Source of the DNA: a virus
Taxonomy: Duplodnaviria; Heunggongvirae; Uroviricota; Caudoviricetes
Direction: 5' to 3' (one strand)
Length of the DNA: 64,000 nt
Virus record (IMG/VR): IMGVR_UViG_3300047393_000041
Location: 1-64,000 of that record
Shown here: piece by piece, positions 63,993 through 64,000 of the stretch
How the letters are laid out: every line of letters begins with the position of its first letter
Position numbering within the stretch: position 1 is the first letter of the stretch
Notes under the pieces: model-generated
Told to the model about the DNA's origin: nothing
Database searches by the model: none
Seen by the model: only the letters and a program-made list of their open reading frames with translations
Translations under genes and position numbers: made by a program

Positions 63993-64000
63993 AACTAATT

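Noticed and set aside
1-64000. CRISPR arrays, integrase/transposase/IS elements, prophage att sites
   Set aside because: No regularly spaced direct repeats, no tyrosine/serine recombinase or DDE transposase motifs, and no flanking host-like genes. The window reads as a contiguous virulent-type phage genome segment.

Overview
This window looks like a 64-kb piece of a large, AT-rich, tailed dsDNA phage genome. It is densely packed with co-directional genes (many ATGA/TAATG start-stop overlaps) and I saw no integrase, transposase, or CRISPR array. There are three transcriptional blocks.

(1) Minus strand, 1-9772: head morphogenesis genes in the order terminase large subunit, portal, acidic scaffold-like protein, putative major capsid protein (partial at the window edge), preceded by small genes and an HTH gene.

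(2) Plus strand, 10422-58786: a long early/middle block.
- MoxR-like AAA+ and VWA protein pair (CobS/CobT-like).
- A small membrane protein followed by an SPFH-domain lipoprotein.
- A 680-nt noncoding stretch followed by a phage-encoded tmRNA and a tRNA-like element.
- Three interleaved families of tandem small paralogs.
- Replication module: family-B DNA polymerase, DnaB-like helicase, SF2 helicase, P-loop ATPase, TOPRIM primase, RecA.
- Nampt (NadV)-like and Prs-like pair.
- A UDG homolog lacking the catalytic Asp.
- An Hsp90/HtpG-like GHKL ATPase next to a CxxCxGxG zinc-finger protein.
- HNH nucleases.
- Nucleotide metabolism genes: dNMP kinase, HAD-like, ThyX, MazG.
- PhoH, a GroES-like co-chaperonin, and two glycosyltransferases.

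(3) Minus strand, 59073-63992: five small lysine-rich basic paralogs with C-terminal Cys motifs, a tandem paralog pair, and a putative glycosyltransferase.

The lipoprotein-type signal peptides (LLTSC, LFVSC) and the A-rich, SD-poor start contexts suggest a Bacteroidetes-type host. That is inference only. Rho-independent terminators and a recurring ACAATTAAA upstream motif are visible. All functional calls are from motif-level reading of the translations; no database searches were run.
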